A DNA stretch of 63,865 nucleotides, filler included. It is 12 parts of 12 records of this genome, joined end to end, with 100 filler letters (N's around TTAATTAATTAA, not from the genome) between each part and the next. Parts side by side here need not be neighbours in the genome. Positions count along the whole stretch, not along the records: positions 19,898 to 26,925 come from SRR7504441_2298; positions 27,026 to 33,017 come from SRR7504441_2299; positions 33,118 to 37,620 come from SRR7504441_2300; 9 more parts are not named here. One strand, 5' to 3'. The notes below the pieces were generated by a model. It had not been told where the DNA came from. It searched no databases and worked only from the letters and a program-made list of their open reading frames with translations. A program made the position numbers and the translations under genes. Of this stretch, positions 22,619 to 34,090 are shown piece after piece. Position 1 is the stretch's first letter; the number at the start of each line of letters is the position of its first letter.

Positions 22619-23444
22619 CTATGAGTGGTGCTTGAGGAACCACTCGAGGGTGGTCTCGATGTTTTCCTGGTTCTTGGCCGAGATCGTGTAGAATCCGACC
22701 TCACGGTCTGTGATTTCCTTCAAATGCCTGCAGACAGCTCACCCAACTCTCCTCGCGTGGCCACAAAGACAGCACACACTAGCAGCCAGACCCTAGGCCG
22801 GGCGGGCAGGTTGTCACAGCCGGGCGATCAGCTCCTCTTCCCCCAGGGCCTCTGCCAGGTCCCGCTTGTTCCCCAGGACCAGCAGGGGTGTGTTCTGCCC
22901 TCGCCAGCTCAGCCAGCCAAACCGAGCATGTGCACGCCTTGAGCGACGGCTTGGAGAGCAGCTCGTGGAGCTCCTCCCGCGAGATGTCCACGTTCTTGTG
23001 GTCCGCCGAGTCCACGACGTAGCTGCGGCGCGGGCTCGGGGCCGGCCGGGCCGGTGCAGGTCACCAGATGGCCGAAACGTTGCTGCAGTACCGCTCCCAC
23101 ATGCCCCTGAAGCGGGGCTGCCCCCCGAGGTCCCACATCTTGATGGTGACCTGCCCCCGGCTCGCCCGCCTCCGCGCCCTCTGGGCCGCTCGCCTTGCCC
23201 TTGGTCACCCGCCGCATATTGAACCCGACCGTCGGTATCATATCCTCCACAAAATGGCCCGACTGCCCGACCAGCTGGCCCAGCGCCCAGCGCTCGGCCG
23301 CACGCATATCACGTTGGCCAGGGTGCTCTTCCCCGCGTTATGTAGCCCAACCAGCGTAATCTGCCCCTGACTGGCGCTGGTTCGGCGGGGCGGGGGCGCC
23401 TCCATCTCTTGCTTCCAGAATAGCGACTTGAGGTAGCCCAGCAT
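22619..23444 (-). CDS. ARL8: ADP-ribosylation factor-like GTPase 8
   Basis: [49 protein letters not shown]; six introns (3 GC-AG, 3 GT-AG) give a clean product. Confidence 0.95.
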
Positions 23445-23593
23445 CGACTGCCACCCAGCTTTGATCTGCCGCCCGCCCCGCCCATCAGCCCGTCCGCCGA
23501 CTCCCTAGGGGAACCCTCGCCCAGACAGCTGCCATCTTGCCACAAGGTCTGAAGGAAACAACCGAACGTCCTGCAGCTGAACGACCAGGCGAC

Positions 23594-24466
23594 ATGAGCT
23601 CGACGGTTCCGCCAGTCGAGCCCGCCGGGTCGGGCGTACCGCTCGACTTTAGCCAGTTCCCGGAGCACCTGCGGAAAGGCCCCTGGTCCCCCGCAGCTGG
23701 CCTGTTCATGCTCGTCGCAGCCGCCGCCCTCTGCTACCTGGCGCCCGCAGCCACCAGCTCGTTCGCACAGCTTGCGCGGCCGCAGCGGCCGCAGCCGTAC
23801 GAACTGTACCTGCTGGCGGGGGTTCTAGCGGTGTACATGGTGCTGGTGCTGGGGCACATGGTCAAGACCGTAGGGGCCTGGCCATTCTGCTCCTACACCA
23901 TCACCTCCTGGAGTCTGCTCACCGCAAGGTTCGCCGCACTCGCCCTCGGAGCGCACAGCACCGCCGAAATGCTCAGGCGCGTGGCGCTGGGCCCCAGCCG
24001 CCTGATCCGGCGCGGCAGGTTTCCAGCCTACTGTGGTGTCACTATCACTGTGGTGCGGCTGGCAGGGCGGGGCGGGGTCTCTGAGACTGTGCAGGTGGTT
24101 TGGTGGGTGGTGCTGGTGCCCGTGATCTACTTAGTGCTGTGCAAGAGCCCCGAACAGCGCCGGAGCTTCCTCGCATGGAACCTGCAGCCATTCCTGCTTC
24201 AAGTTCACGGGCTCGCTCTGCCTCTAGCGCTGCTCGACGCCTTAACCTGCCCGCGGCCGCTGCTCTTGTTCGACATCTGGGTGGCCGTGCTGGTGGCCCT
24301 GGCCTACCTGACCTTTTACCTCAACGTGCTGGACCGGCGCGGCTACCATTTCTATATCATTCTAAGCCCGAGGCCGCACTGGTGCTGTTTAGTCTACGTT
24401 GGGCTGCTAGGCTTGTATGGGCTGATCTGGCTCGGCTATTCATGGCTAATGGTTGGCCGGCACTGA
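23594..24466 (+). CDS. Multi-pass membrane protein, FAR-17a/AIG1-like
   Basis: SYTITSW, VWW.VL.P, QVHG, YHFY.IL motifs; two in-frame 42-nt introns (23977-24018 GC-AG, 24053-24094). Confidence 0.6.
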   Translation: MSSTVPPVEPAGSGVPLDFSQFPEHLRKGPWSPAAGLFMLVAAAALCYLAPAATSSFAQLARPQRPQPYELYLLAGVLAVYMVLVLGHMVKTVGAWPFCSYTITSWSLLTARFAALALGAHSTAEMLRRVALGPSRLIRRGRFPAYCGVTITVVRLAGRGGVSETVQVVWWVVLVPVIYLVLCKSPEQRRSFLAWNLQPFLLQVHGLALPLALLDALTCPRPLLLFDIWVAVLVALAYLTFYLNVLDRRGYHFYIILSPRPHWCCLVYVGLLGLYGLIWLGYSWLMVGRH

Positions 24467-24722
24467 CTGTCGGCCAAGTGAACTCAATTATCTTAAAATG
24501 TAATTCATACTTGGATCAACTAATAATATTTATGGTCTTCGATCAACTCAGGCAGCATACCCATACGCACCAGAATCCGGCCTACCGCGTACCTTCTGTG
24601 GGCGGTTCAGACACCGCTGGCCCCCAGCTATGCCCCGCCTTGCCCACCCCCCGCTCATACAGTGCGCCCCACCGGCGTGCCAGGACAGCGGGCCAACGGC
24701 CGCCGCTCAGCCCCGCATCTGT

Positions 24723-24977
24723 TCACTCGGCGGCTGCCGCTGCCTCTGCTCCCGGCGCCTGCTCCCGTTCCCTTGGCTTCGTGGCTGCGTACTCGGCGCG
24801 GACAGCCTGCAGGTCCTGCTCCATGGCGACGTCGTTCAGCTTGCGGGTGGGCGCGCCCGTGCTGCCGTCGTACTTTTCGGGGTGGCTAGAGAGCTTGACC
24901 TTCATCTTGTGCAGGTGCTGGCCGGCTCTTGGCTTCTTGCCCTCCGGATCGGCCGACGAAGACTTGCTGTTCCCCAT
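24723..24977 (-). CDS. Small predicted N-myristoylated protein (84 aa)
   Basis: MGNSKS start; ATG 72 nt head-to-head with the GH20 ATG across a CAACGG element. Confidence 0.5.
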   Translation of the reverse strand: MGNSKSSSADPEGKKPRAGQHLHKMKVKLSSHPEKYDGSTGAPTRKLNDVAMEQDLQAVRAEYAATKPREREQAPGAEAAAAAE

Positions 24978-25049
24978 CGTCGAGCGCCGACACTCTCCCC
25001 CGGCCGGCCGCGTTGGAGATCCGTCGGCAACGGATTCACCGGTTGGGCG

Positions 25050-26792
25050 ATGCAGCAGCGAGCTCTGCTGCTCCAGGTCGGCCTGTGCTGCGGCCTGGTG
25101 CTGGGCGGGCGACCGATTCTGCCGGACGCGCACGCACCACTGCTGCCCGCGCCCCAGGCCTGCTCCAACGGCTCGACCACCCTGCGGCTAGACCCGGAAG
25201 CCTTCCAGTTTCGGTACGGCGGGTCGTCGGCGGTACTCCAGGCCGCCATGTCGCGATACCGGGCCATCATGTTCGCGTGGGGCCCCGAGAGCGGGGGCGG
25301 GCCGCTCAGTGGGTTGGGGCGGCTGGAATCGCTCGAGATTAGAGTGGACGACCACGAGGACAGCTCGAGCTCGCTGCAGCTTCACATGGACGAACGGTAC
25401 CAGCTGCAGGTGGGGGTCAACGGCAGCGCGCTGATCCAGGCGCCAACGGTGTGGGGCGCGCTGCGGGCGCTCGAGAGTTTCAGCCAGCTGGTGGAGTGGC
25501 AGGAGGCTGGCGTTTACACACTGGCCTACGCGCCGTGGCAGATAACGGACGAGCCGGCTCACACGCACCGCGGAGTGATGATCGATACAGCCCGTCACTT
25601 CCTGCCAGTCGGCACGATCAAGCGGCAGATCGATGCGCTCAGCTTTAACAAGATGAATGTGCTCCATTGGCACGCTGTAGACGCTGATTCCTTCCCGATG
25701 CAAAGCACCACGTTCCCGGGGCTCGCCAGGTTCGGCTCCTACAACCCACGCAGTGCGGTGTACTCGCCCGAAGACGTGCGCGGGGTGGTGGAGTATGCGC
25801 GGATGCGCGGAGTGCGCGTGGTCCCGGAGTTTGATGTGCCGGGTCATTGTTCGTCATGGTCACTCGATCCGGCGCACCGCGAGTTGTTCATCCCTTGCGG
25901 TCAGGGGCCGGCGGGCGACTTCCACGGTGCGACTTTCGTGCTCGACATTGGGAATCCGCGCTCGCTGAGTGAGTTCTTGCTGCCGTTGCTCGCTGAGTTG
26001 CTCGGCCGGTTCCCTGATAATGCAGCTCATCTGGGAGGCGACGAAGTGGACCTCTCGTGCCTGAACAAGAGTGCCGGGGTGCAGGCCTGGATCAACGCCC
26101 GTGGCGGTGCTGCCCGGAACGTGACGGCCCGGACGGCGCTTGTGGACTGGTGGCAGCGGGTCGGGCGAGCTCTGAGGGAGCTGCGCAAGACATCGCTGCT
26201 CACCACTTGGGCCGATACTTTCATAGCAGCTCAGCAGGAAGGCGATCCCGCAGTGTTGTATGCCGGGCCGTCCGTGTTCCAGGTCTGGGGGCAGACCCCG
26301 CCGGTGGAGCAAGTGGTCCGTAGCTCGCCCGGTTTCTCAGTGGTTCAAAGCAAGGGCTACTACCTGTCTTCAGGCAACCCAGCGACCGGTGGCAGCCCTG
26401 TCGTGTGGGAATCTATCTATAATACGGACATAATTCCGCAGAATCTAACAGCCGGCCAGGCCTCGCGTGTTCTCGGGGCCGAAGCGTGCATGTGGGGCGA
26501 GGTGACAGACCAGTTCAATATTGACAGCAAGCTCTGGTTCCGGGCCTCGGTGCTAGCAGAGAGACTTTGGACGTCCAATGCGACCATCGCGGCACGGGCG
26601 GCGCAGAGCGGCGACGGGTGGCCTGCTACTTACGAGTCTGTTGACGTGACGGCGAGGCTCATCAAGCAGCGGTGCCGCATGCTGCAACGCGGGATCCGCC
26701 CGACACCGTACAGCACACAACAGCTGCCGGATCGAGATCGATGGGCGCAGTGTGAGCTGTGGCTGCCGGACTCGCAGCAACAATGCCCATAG
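25050..26792 (+). CDS. Beta-N-acetylhexosaminidase (GH20)
   Basis: Signal peptide; HRGVMIDTARHF, NVLHWH, PEFDVPGH, HLGGDE, GAEACMWGE. Confidence 0.95.
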   Translation: MQQRALLLQVGLCCGLVLGGRPILPDAHAPLLPAPQACSNGSTTLRLDPEAFQFRYGGSSAVLQAAMSRYRAIMFAWGPESGGGPLSGLGRLESLEIRVDDHEDSSSSLQLHMDERYQLQVGVNGSALIQAPTVWGALRALESFSQLVEWQEAGVYTLAYAPWQITDEPAHTHRGVMIDTARHFLPVGTIKRQIDALSFNKMNVLHWHAVDADSFPMQSTTFPGLARFGSYNPRSAVYSPEDVRGVVEYARMRGVRVVPEFDVPGHCSSWSLDPAHRELFIPCGQGPAGDFHGATFVLDIGNPRSLSEFLLPLLAELLGRFPDNAAHLGGDEVDLSCLNKSAGVQAWINARGGAARNVTARTALVDWWQRVGRALRELRKTSLLTTWADTFIAAQQEGDPAVLYAGPSVFQVWGQTPPVEQVVRSSPGFSVVQSKGYYLSSGNPATGGSPVVWESIYNTDIIPQNLTAGQASRVLGAEACMWGEVTDQFNIDSKLWFRASVLAERLWTSNATIAARAAQSGDGWPATYESVDVTARLIKQRCRMLQRGIRPTPYSTQQLPDRDRWAQCELWLPDSQQQCP

Positions 26793-27138
26793 CAAAGTAC
26801 TGCGGCTTCCGTGTTGACCGGCATCGCTATGGCGTGAATAATTGATTAAATTGGCAGATCTGCAATCGCGAGTATATACAGTATAAACTATAGTATATGT
26901 CGATCGATTCAATGTAAAGGCTATANNNNNNNNNNNNNNNNNNNNNNNNNNNNNNNNNNNNNNNNNNNNTTAATTAATTAANNNNNNNNNNNNNNNNNNN
27001 NNNNNNNNNNNNNNNNNNNNNNNNNGCCACGATCATTCTTACCGGTATGATCTGGATGGCGTAACAGCCAACTATAGGAGGGGCGCTGTACGCATCTACT
27101 TAGGGCTAAGATCTAGATTTCTATAGATTAGCCAATGC

Positions 27139-28167
27139 TCATTTGTCGTTTGAGCTCGGGGGTTTTGTCTCAACACCGTTGAAATGAGCAAAGCGGCCCT
27201 TATCAACAGGAAAGCAGTGATCGTTTTGGGGCCACGGCCAGCCACCAAACTGGGTGGCTTGGTAGTCAATGAAAGCTTGTTCGATCTCCTGCTTAGTGTT
27301 CATAACGAACGGGCCGTGCCTGGCCACTGGCTCGCCGATCGGCCGGCCTTGGAGCACAAGCAGCTCAGAAGGCTTTGCCTCATCCTGGGGGACTGCCAGC
27401 TCGGACGGCCGGTCCGCGGCCAGGGTAATGATCGCCTTCTGGCTGATCAGCTGCTGGTTGGCCGTGACGGCCTCGCCCTCGATCAAGTAGCAGCACCTGT
27501 TGGTCGCAGCCCCTCCCGCCGCAGCAGGGATCTGCACGGAGGCCCCGGGCGCCAGCCTTATGTGCAAGATCAGCAGGTCGCTCTCCGGGTCGGAGGCCCA
27601 AGAATCGGCCGGCGGGCTGAGCGCGACCTGCCCTCTGAACTGGCCGGCCCAGACCGTGACCTCTGCCCCGCCGGCGGTCGGCACTGTCGGAATCTGCTCG
27701 GCCCAGTGCATCTCGAAGGCTGGCCGGGCCATCTTGCTCCGGGCAGGCAGGTTGAGCCAGATCTGGAAGAATCGGCACGGGTTGGGCTTGTGGCTGTGCA
27801 CCAGAGGGAACATCTCGGCGTGCTGCACCCCGCTGCCTGCGGTCATCCACTGGAGGTCTCCGTGCCCGTACCGGCCGCCGTTGCCGTGGCTGTCGGTGTG
27901 GTCGATCAGCCCCTCGAGTGTGGCCGTGATCGTCTCGAACCCGCGGTGCGGGTGCATCGGAAATCCGGGCACCCGGTCGCCGTGATACATCCGCCACGGA
28001 CCGGGCGCGAAGTCGGCCCCGTTGCCCCGCCTGGGGGCCCGCATCTGCCCGTCGCCGGCTGGAAAGCGGTCAAAGTGGTACACGCAGAAGAGAAAGGGAT
28101 CCGGGGTGCTCAGCGGCCCCGGCTGCTCGGTGTCCAGCGGCTCGACGCTGCACACCCCGGTAGACAT
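27139..28167 (-). CDS. Pirin family bicupin protein
   Basis: GFPMHPHRGFETIT, WMTAGSGVQHAEM, FQIWLNLP, GPFVMNT. Confidence 0.95.
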   Translation of the reverse strand: MSTGVCSVEPLDTEQPGPLSTPDPFLFCVYHFDRFPAGDGQMRAPRRGNGADFAPGPWRMYHGDRVPGFPMHPHRGFETITATLEGLIDHTDSHGNGGRYGHGDLQWMTAGSGVQHAEMFPLVHSHKPNPCRFFQIWLNLPARSKMARPAFEMHWAEQIPTVPTAGGAEVTVWAGQFRGQVALSPPADSWASDPESDLLILHIRLAPGASVQIPAAAGGAATNRCCYLIEGEAVTANQQLISQKAIITLAADRPSELAVPQDEAKPSELLVLQGRPIGEPVARHGPFVMNTKQEIEQAFIDYQATQFGGWPWPQNDHCFPVDKGRFAHFNGVETKPPSSNDK

Positions 28168-28210
28168 CCGGACCGTCCGTTTTATTCCGTTGGAGTGATC
28201 CGCTTTGGGC

Positions 28211-30289
28211 ATGGCAGAGCGACGCAGCGCGTGGGAGCGAATGTGCGAGCTCAAGGCCGGGAGCGACCTGATCCGGCGGGTGGGCGAGCAGCCGGGCCAG
28301 CTGGCCGACCGATCGGTCAGGTGAATCGGGCTCGGAGCGAATTCGTGGAGATCGACCCCAACTGCAGCCCGGAGGAGAAGCTGCTATCGGCCTCGCTCAG
28401 GGCATACACCCAGGCGATCGCGTGCGAACCGCAGAGTAGCGACAACTATTATAAGCGGGGATACATGCAGTACGGCGCTGGCAAACTCGAGGAGGCCATC
28501 GCCGACTTCTCGCGGGCGGTGAGACGCGCTGTGGGCCGCGCTGAGCGCCGGTGGGCCGTGCAGGTCGAGATTGAACCGCTGTTCGCTGATGGTTGGGCCG
28601 CGCGTGGAAACTGCTATTTCAGCCTCGGGCAGATCACCGCTGCGATTAACGGTCAGTAGTAATGTGGCCCTGCAGTGGGAGTTGAATCGGCCTGGATGCA
28701 GACTTTAGGCGAGCTGCTGAAGTGAACCCAGGCATGGCTGACTGTTACTTTAACCTGGGCAACGCCGAGCGGTCGCTCGGGCACAACGATACTGCCATCG
28801 CAATGTACACACGGGCCATTGCAATCAACTGCGACTTTGCTGGTGCATATTGCAACAGAGCCTCCATTCACAAAAGTGCTGGGCACTACGACAAGGCAAT
28901 TCAGGACCTTACCTGTGCGCTGGAGGAGTGCAATCTCACACCCGAGGAAGAAATCGCTTGCCGAGTGAACCGCGCTGATGCCAACTTCAAACAGGGCATG
29001 CTAGGGGAGGCTATTGGAGATCTGAGCAAAGCCATTAGAATTGATCCAAAATGTGTGGCTGCGCTTGCACTGCGAGCAGGGGCATTTGTGGCTACCGGAC
29101 CATCTGCACCTGGAAAGCAAGGGTATGAGCTCGCAGAGGCGGATGCTTCAGCAGCAATTGAGCAAGATGGCAGCTGCTGCTTGGCGTACTATTACCGCGG
29201 CCAGGCAAGGCACCAGCTTGGACAGCATGCGGAAGGGCTAGACGACCTGAAGAGTGCTGTCGACTTGTGCGACGATGACTTCAGGCCAAAATGTTTGTAC
29301 ATGAGGGGCTGTGTCCGGGATGAGCTTGGTGATGTGGACGGCGCAACAGCAGACTTTGTTGACGCTCTCTGCGCAGACCCTGAGCTTCATGATCTCAGTA
29401 CTCGCGATGAAGCACAGGATCCCGAGGAAGCTGAGAATATGCGTCGTAAAATAGAAGTGCAGATTGCTTGCTGTACAGATAAAATCAAATCGGGCAAGGG
29501 TGATACGCAGACACATCTAGAGCGAGGGCAAGCTTACCTGATCAAGAAACAATACAACAAAGCCCTGACGGACTTTGGTACTCAACTGACAGGGGACGAT
29601 GCTGCAGAGGTATGTGCAGCAAACTATTGGTGTGGCAAAGTAGAAGTGTGCAAGGGGCAGTGGGAGGATTCAGTTGACCTGTTCTTGCAGGCAACAAAAC
29701 CTGAAGCTTCGATAGAAATCAGATCAAGAGCCTATGCTTCGAAAGCAGAATCTCTGCTCCGCCTTGGTCAAATTACCGAGGCAATAGAGGATGCTCGTGT
29801 TGCAACAGAGCTCAGCCCTGACCTTGCCGAGGCCTGGACAGCCCTTGGTTCCTCTTTGCTGCACAAGGCGCAGTGCAAGTTGCATCAGGAGGCTGGTCAA
29901 CTGGAGGGCTCAACGGCTGAGCTGGCTGAGATACGAGCTAAGGCAGCCGAAGATCCCGAGATGCAAGAAGCCATCCGCATTTTATCTGTGGCAACTGGAC
30001 TGGAAGAGCAGCATGCACCTGGTGAGCTTGCTTCATCCTACTCGTAGTTGAGTGACGGTTTGTGTTTGCAGCATTTGTTACTAGGGCCCGGGCATATTTT
30101 CATAGTGGAAACCTAGATGCTGCATTTGCTGATTGGAAGAAGGCATCAGCTATTGACGCTGAGATAATTGGAAAGACGGCCGAGAGGGTCATGGATCAAC
30201 TCATAGAAGACCAGCTATTGCCGGCTGCAAACGCGGCTCAATTAGATTCTGGATTGCTTGACCAACAAGTACAGATGTTGACAGCATAA
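28211..30289 (+). CDS. Tetratricopeptide repeat protein
   Basis: Many TPR consensus units (YYKRG, YFNLGNA, AYCNRA, AIADF); first intron GC-AG 28256-28320. Confidence 0.88.
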
Positions 30290-30365
30290 CCAACTCAAAG
30301 AGTACATGTATTTAGTACGAAGTGTAGGCATTTAGAGAAAAGTCTAATTTTTAAATCGTGTGAGA

Positions 30366-32342
30366 TTAAGGTGTCATTTGTCTAATCAGGCCAGTGACCA
30401 CTTGGTTGACCGCCTTGGCGTCAACCTTGAGCACGCGATTGTAGGTGAGCAGTCCGTTGCACTCGGTCTCCACCCCGGCGAGCTGAGTGTAGATGCTGCC
30501 AGAGAGCCCGGCCGCCCGTTGGGCCAGCTGCTTGGTCAGATTGACAAACACCTTGGTGAGCGCGGCAGAGTTGTTCCCGAGGGACTCGATCAGCCCAGTG
30601 CCGTACCCGTGGCAGCAGGTGTTGGCCTTATAGTAGTACGGGCACGTACTGCAGTTTCCCGGCCCGCACGGTGGGAAGAACTTTGGTTGGAACCACTCCG
30701 GCTGGCCCAGAGCGGCCGGCACCAGCGTGAGCCCGCCGTACTCGCCCACCAGCCGGACGCTCTTGCGGCAGCTCGAGTTGTCCAGCCCACCTCGCGGGCC
30801 GACCGGCTCGAGCTTGGCCGAGCAGTTAGGTGGGCTGGCACCAGGGTAGCTGTGGCTGTCTATCACGTCGCCCAAGTCCATCCAGTGCCAGCCCGAGGCC
30901 ACGTTCACCAGCCTGGTGCTGTCGAGCCGTCGGACTGCATCGAGCAGCCCAGCTGCGTACCGCCTGGCGGGTCCTCGGTTGAACTGTTCGTCTTGGTCCC
31001 GCCAAGGCTGCCCGAGCCCCTCGTTGAATAGCGCCCAGATCACTATCGACGGGTGCGCCCGCCTGCCGCGCACCATGGCCTCCAGCTCGCGCCGCAGCTG
31101 CCGGTGCACTGTCTGGTTAGCCAACCCGCCGGGCCCGCTCGGGAGATCCTGCCACACCAGCAGCCCAAGACGGTCTGCATGGTGATACCACCGGCTCGGC
31201 TCCACCTTCAGGTGCTTCCGCACCCCGTTGAACCCAAGCCGCTTGATCGTCTGGAGCTCGTGCGCGATCGCCTGGTCGGTGGGGGCCGTGTAGAGCCCGT
31301 CGGGCCAGAACCCTTGATCGAGCACTCCGGCCATGTACACAGCCCGCCCGTTGAGCAGCAGCCTGCCCCCGGGCCCGATGCTCACCCGCCGCATTGCCGC
31401 GTAGCTCCGCACGCTGTCGGCTCCGGCCAGGCTCAGGTTGAAATAGTACAGCTTGGGCGACTCTGGAGACCACAGAGTGGGCGCGCCCGCAAAGCTGGCA
31501 GTCACTGACATCTGGCTGGCGCCCGCCGCTAGCTCGGTCCGCACCGGCGGCAGCTCTGGGTCGTCGAAGCTAAGATCCAGGCTGAGCGGCCCGACCGAGC
31601 CCGACCGGTCTATGGTGATATTGATCTGGAGCTGGTTAAGGTCTTGGGTGGCGACGGCCAGCAGCTCTGTGACGTGCCCAGCCGCTGGTAGGCACTCGAG
31701 CCATGCAACTTGCCAAATCCCGCTCGAGCTAGTGTACGAGATCCCGCCCGGCGACCCGAACGCCCGCCAGATCTGCTTGCCGTGCAGCCCGAATGACACC
31801 CCCGGCCCATCCCGCACCCGCACCACCAGCTGGTTCGGCCGGTCCCGCCGGAGCTGGCGCGAGACGTCGAAGCTGAACCGGTCGTAGCCCCCGCGGTGCT
31901 CGCCCAGCTCGATCCCGTTGAGCCAGACACGCGCCTCCCAGCTGACCGCTTCGAAGTGCAGCGCGGCCCGACCCGGGCAGCTCGCCCCAAACCAGCGCCG
32001 GTACCAGGCCTCGGCCGGCTGCCGCCTCACCCCGCTCAGTGAGCTCTGGAGCGGGTACGGCACTAGGATCTGCAGCGGCAGACGGCCGGCCGGGTCCAGC
32101 GCGGCCGAGCCGTTGGCGCCCAGCCCGAGCTCCCACAGCCCGCACAGCGGCTCCCAGCTCGCCCGGACCAGCATCGGCCGCGGGTAGGCCGGCCGCTGCC
32201 CGGGGCTGACCGCGCTGGCCCAACGAGTGGCCAGCGGCGCTGGCACCGGGTGCCAACCGAGCGCCGGGGCGAGGGCCGCCCACAAAATCCACAGACGCTC
32301 AAGTGGTCGCAGCGATGAGCGTCGTTGCCGCTCGAGCACCAT
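30366..32342 (-). CDS. Glycoside hydrolase family 2, secreted
   Basis: YPRP, LHFEAV, GIWQ, LDQGFWPDGLYTAP, RKHLKVE, WALFNEG, GEYGG. Confidence 0.93.
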   Translation of the reverse strand: MVLERQRRSSLRPLERLWILWAALAPALGWHPVPAPLATRWASAVSPGQRPAYPRPMLVRASWEPLCGLWELGLGANGSAALDPAGRLPLQILVPYPLQSSLSGVRRQPAEAWYRRWFGASCPGRAALHFEAVSWEARVWLNGIELGEHRGGYDRFSFDVSRQLRRDRPNQLVVRVRDGPGVSFGLHGKQIWRAFGSPGGISYTSSSGIWQVAWLECLPAAGHVTELLAVATQDLNQLQINITIDRSGSVGPLSLDLSFDDPELPPVRTELAAGASQMSVTASFAGAPTLWSPESPKLYYFNLSLAGADSVRSYAAMRRVSIGPGGRLLLNGRAVYMAGVLDQGFWPDGLYTAPTDQAIAHELQTIKRLGFNGVRKHLKVEPSRWYHHADRLGLLVWQDLPSGPGGLANQTVHRQLRRELEAMVRGRRAHPSIVIWALFNEGLGQPWRDQDEQFNRGPARRYAAGLLDAVRRLDSTRLVNVASGWHWMDLGDVIDSHSYPGASPPNCSAKLEPVGPRGGLDNSSCRKSVRLVGEYGGLTLVPAALGQPEWFQPKFFPPCGPGNCSTCPYYYKANTCCHGYGTGLIESLGNNSAALTKVFVNLTKQLAQRAAGLSGSIYTQLAGVETECNGLLTYNRVLKVDAKAVNQVVTGLIRQMTP

Positions 32343-32403
32343 CGATCAAGGAGATCGAAAATAACGGACGACGGCTGCAGGGCGACCACAGGGCGGTGCC
32401 AGC

Positions 32404-33017
32404 ATGATGAAGAACACAGCGGCGGCCGGCCTGTCGGCGGGCTTCTCGGCGGGGATGGTGGCTCCTATCGACACGCTCAGGGTCCGCTGGCAGCTGAAGA
32501 AGGAAGGCCAGCCCGGCTCGATGCTGCAGTTCGGCCGGCGAATCCTGGCGTGCGAGGGGCTCTGGGCCGGGCTGATCCGCCCAGGGCTCGGAGCCAACGT
32601 GTCTGCGATCGCGGTGTGCTCTGGGATTCGATTCGGGATCTACCCGACGCTCCGGGACCGGCTAACGGGCGGCAAGAGCGTGCTTGGGATGACTGGGGCC
32701 GGGTTCATCTCCGGTGCGATCGGCTACTGGGTGAGCACCCCGCTCTGGAACTGGAAGACCAACGCGCAGGCCCGGCCAGAGCTCGGCGCGCCGGCGGCTC
32801 GGGAGGAGCCCCGGGCGCCGCTGTTCCGGGGTGCGGGGGCGCTGGTGGTGCGGGGGGCGTGCCTGTCGGCGGGCGGGATGCTAGGGTACGACGGGACCAA
32901 GACGTTGGTGGCCGAGCAACGGCTGCTTCCGGACGGCCCAGCACTGCACCTGGCCGCCTCGATAGTGTCGGCCTTCTGTGGCACAGTGCTCGCAGCTCCA
33001 GCTGATGTCTGCATGAC
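32404..33017 (+). CDS. Mitochondrial carrier (SLC25; Oac1/UCP-like), 3' truncated
   Basis: PIDTLRVRWQ, PLWNWKT, PADV carrier signatures. Confidence 0.85.
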
Positions 33018-33117
33018 NNNNNNNNNNNNNNNNNNNNNNNNNNNNNNNNNNNNNNNNNNNNTTAATTAATTAANNNNNNNNNNNNNNNNNNNNNNNNNNN
33101 NNNNNNNNNNNNNNNNN

Positions 33118-34090
33118 GGCTGACAGGCCGCACGGCTGATATTGGGCGGGGCTCCGGTACTCCGACCGGAACTCCGGTGACCGTAGGCACTTCGTACAGG
33201 CGATCGGGAGGGCTGGCATTCCGCACGCACGCAGCATGCAGGCCCCTTGGCGCAAGGCTGGGCCCCGGGCCTGGGGCGCCGAGCCGCTCACTGGCTAGCG
33301 GCGGGTTGCGCCCGCTGTTGGTGCTGCTCTTGTTGAACCAGCCCTTGTCCGCTCCAGCCTGCTGACCACCACCCATCCAGCCCGTGTCCGACGGTACAGC
33401 AGGCTTGCTGCTCAGCCACCCACGGTCTGGGGCTATCTTCTGCGCCGGAGCTGCCTCAGTGGCCGGCGCCCCGAACCGCCGCTCAGTGTGCGGTCTGGGC
33501 GCCACCCTCCTGACTCCAGTCAGCGACTTGGGTGATCTTTGCTGTCCCCCGGCTGGCTGCGTCTGGGGCAATTTTCGCAGGAGCACACTTTCGAGGTCGT
33601 CGAAAGCGGCAGCCAGGGTGTCCACACCTCGCTCAGGCTGCTTTAACTCTTCCTCATTGCCCAACCGGGCCCTGAGAGCAGCAGCAGCGGCTGACGCGGT
33701 GGGCAGCGCGTGCTTGGCGGACCCGTGCCGTGCTTCGGCCGGTTGAGCCTTGGACGCGCGCTCCGTGGCCGTGGCGCCCCTCATTGCTGTACCGAGCACG
33801 GCAGCAGCGTCAGCAGGCTTGCCGGTGAAAAAGCCGCGCTTTTTGGCAGCTAGCGCTTGGCTGCGCTTGGGGCTGCGGGGGCTGGTCTTCTCGGCCGGCT
33901 GCTGGGGCGCTGGGGACTGCTTGGCCTCGGCTGCCCTCTTAGCTGCCTCCTTTTTGCTCCGGGCCACCCGCTTGGCCATGCCGGGCTTCGTCGTCTGACT
34001 CGCTGGACTCATCGGACTCCTTGGACTTGGCTGACTCCTTGGACTTGGCCGGTTCCTGTTGCTGCTGCCGCTGCTGTTGGCGATAAACAT
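33118..34090 (-). CDS. Low-complexity Ser/Pro/Ala/Lys-rich hypothetical protein, 3' truncated
   Basis: Long ATG ORF with SPxS repeats; CCGTTG upstream. Confidence 0.5.

Noticed and set aside
24499-24503. TGTAA as a polyadenylation signal (also near 26913, 60158)
   Set aside because: Seen after only a few genes, in AT-rich sequence where it is expected by chance
27184-28210. Long antisense or alternative-frame ORFs over real genes (also 858-1826, 30360-31031, 41765-43039)
   Set aside because: Shadow ORFs expected at high GC; no protein motifs
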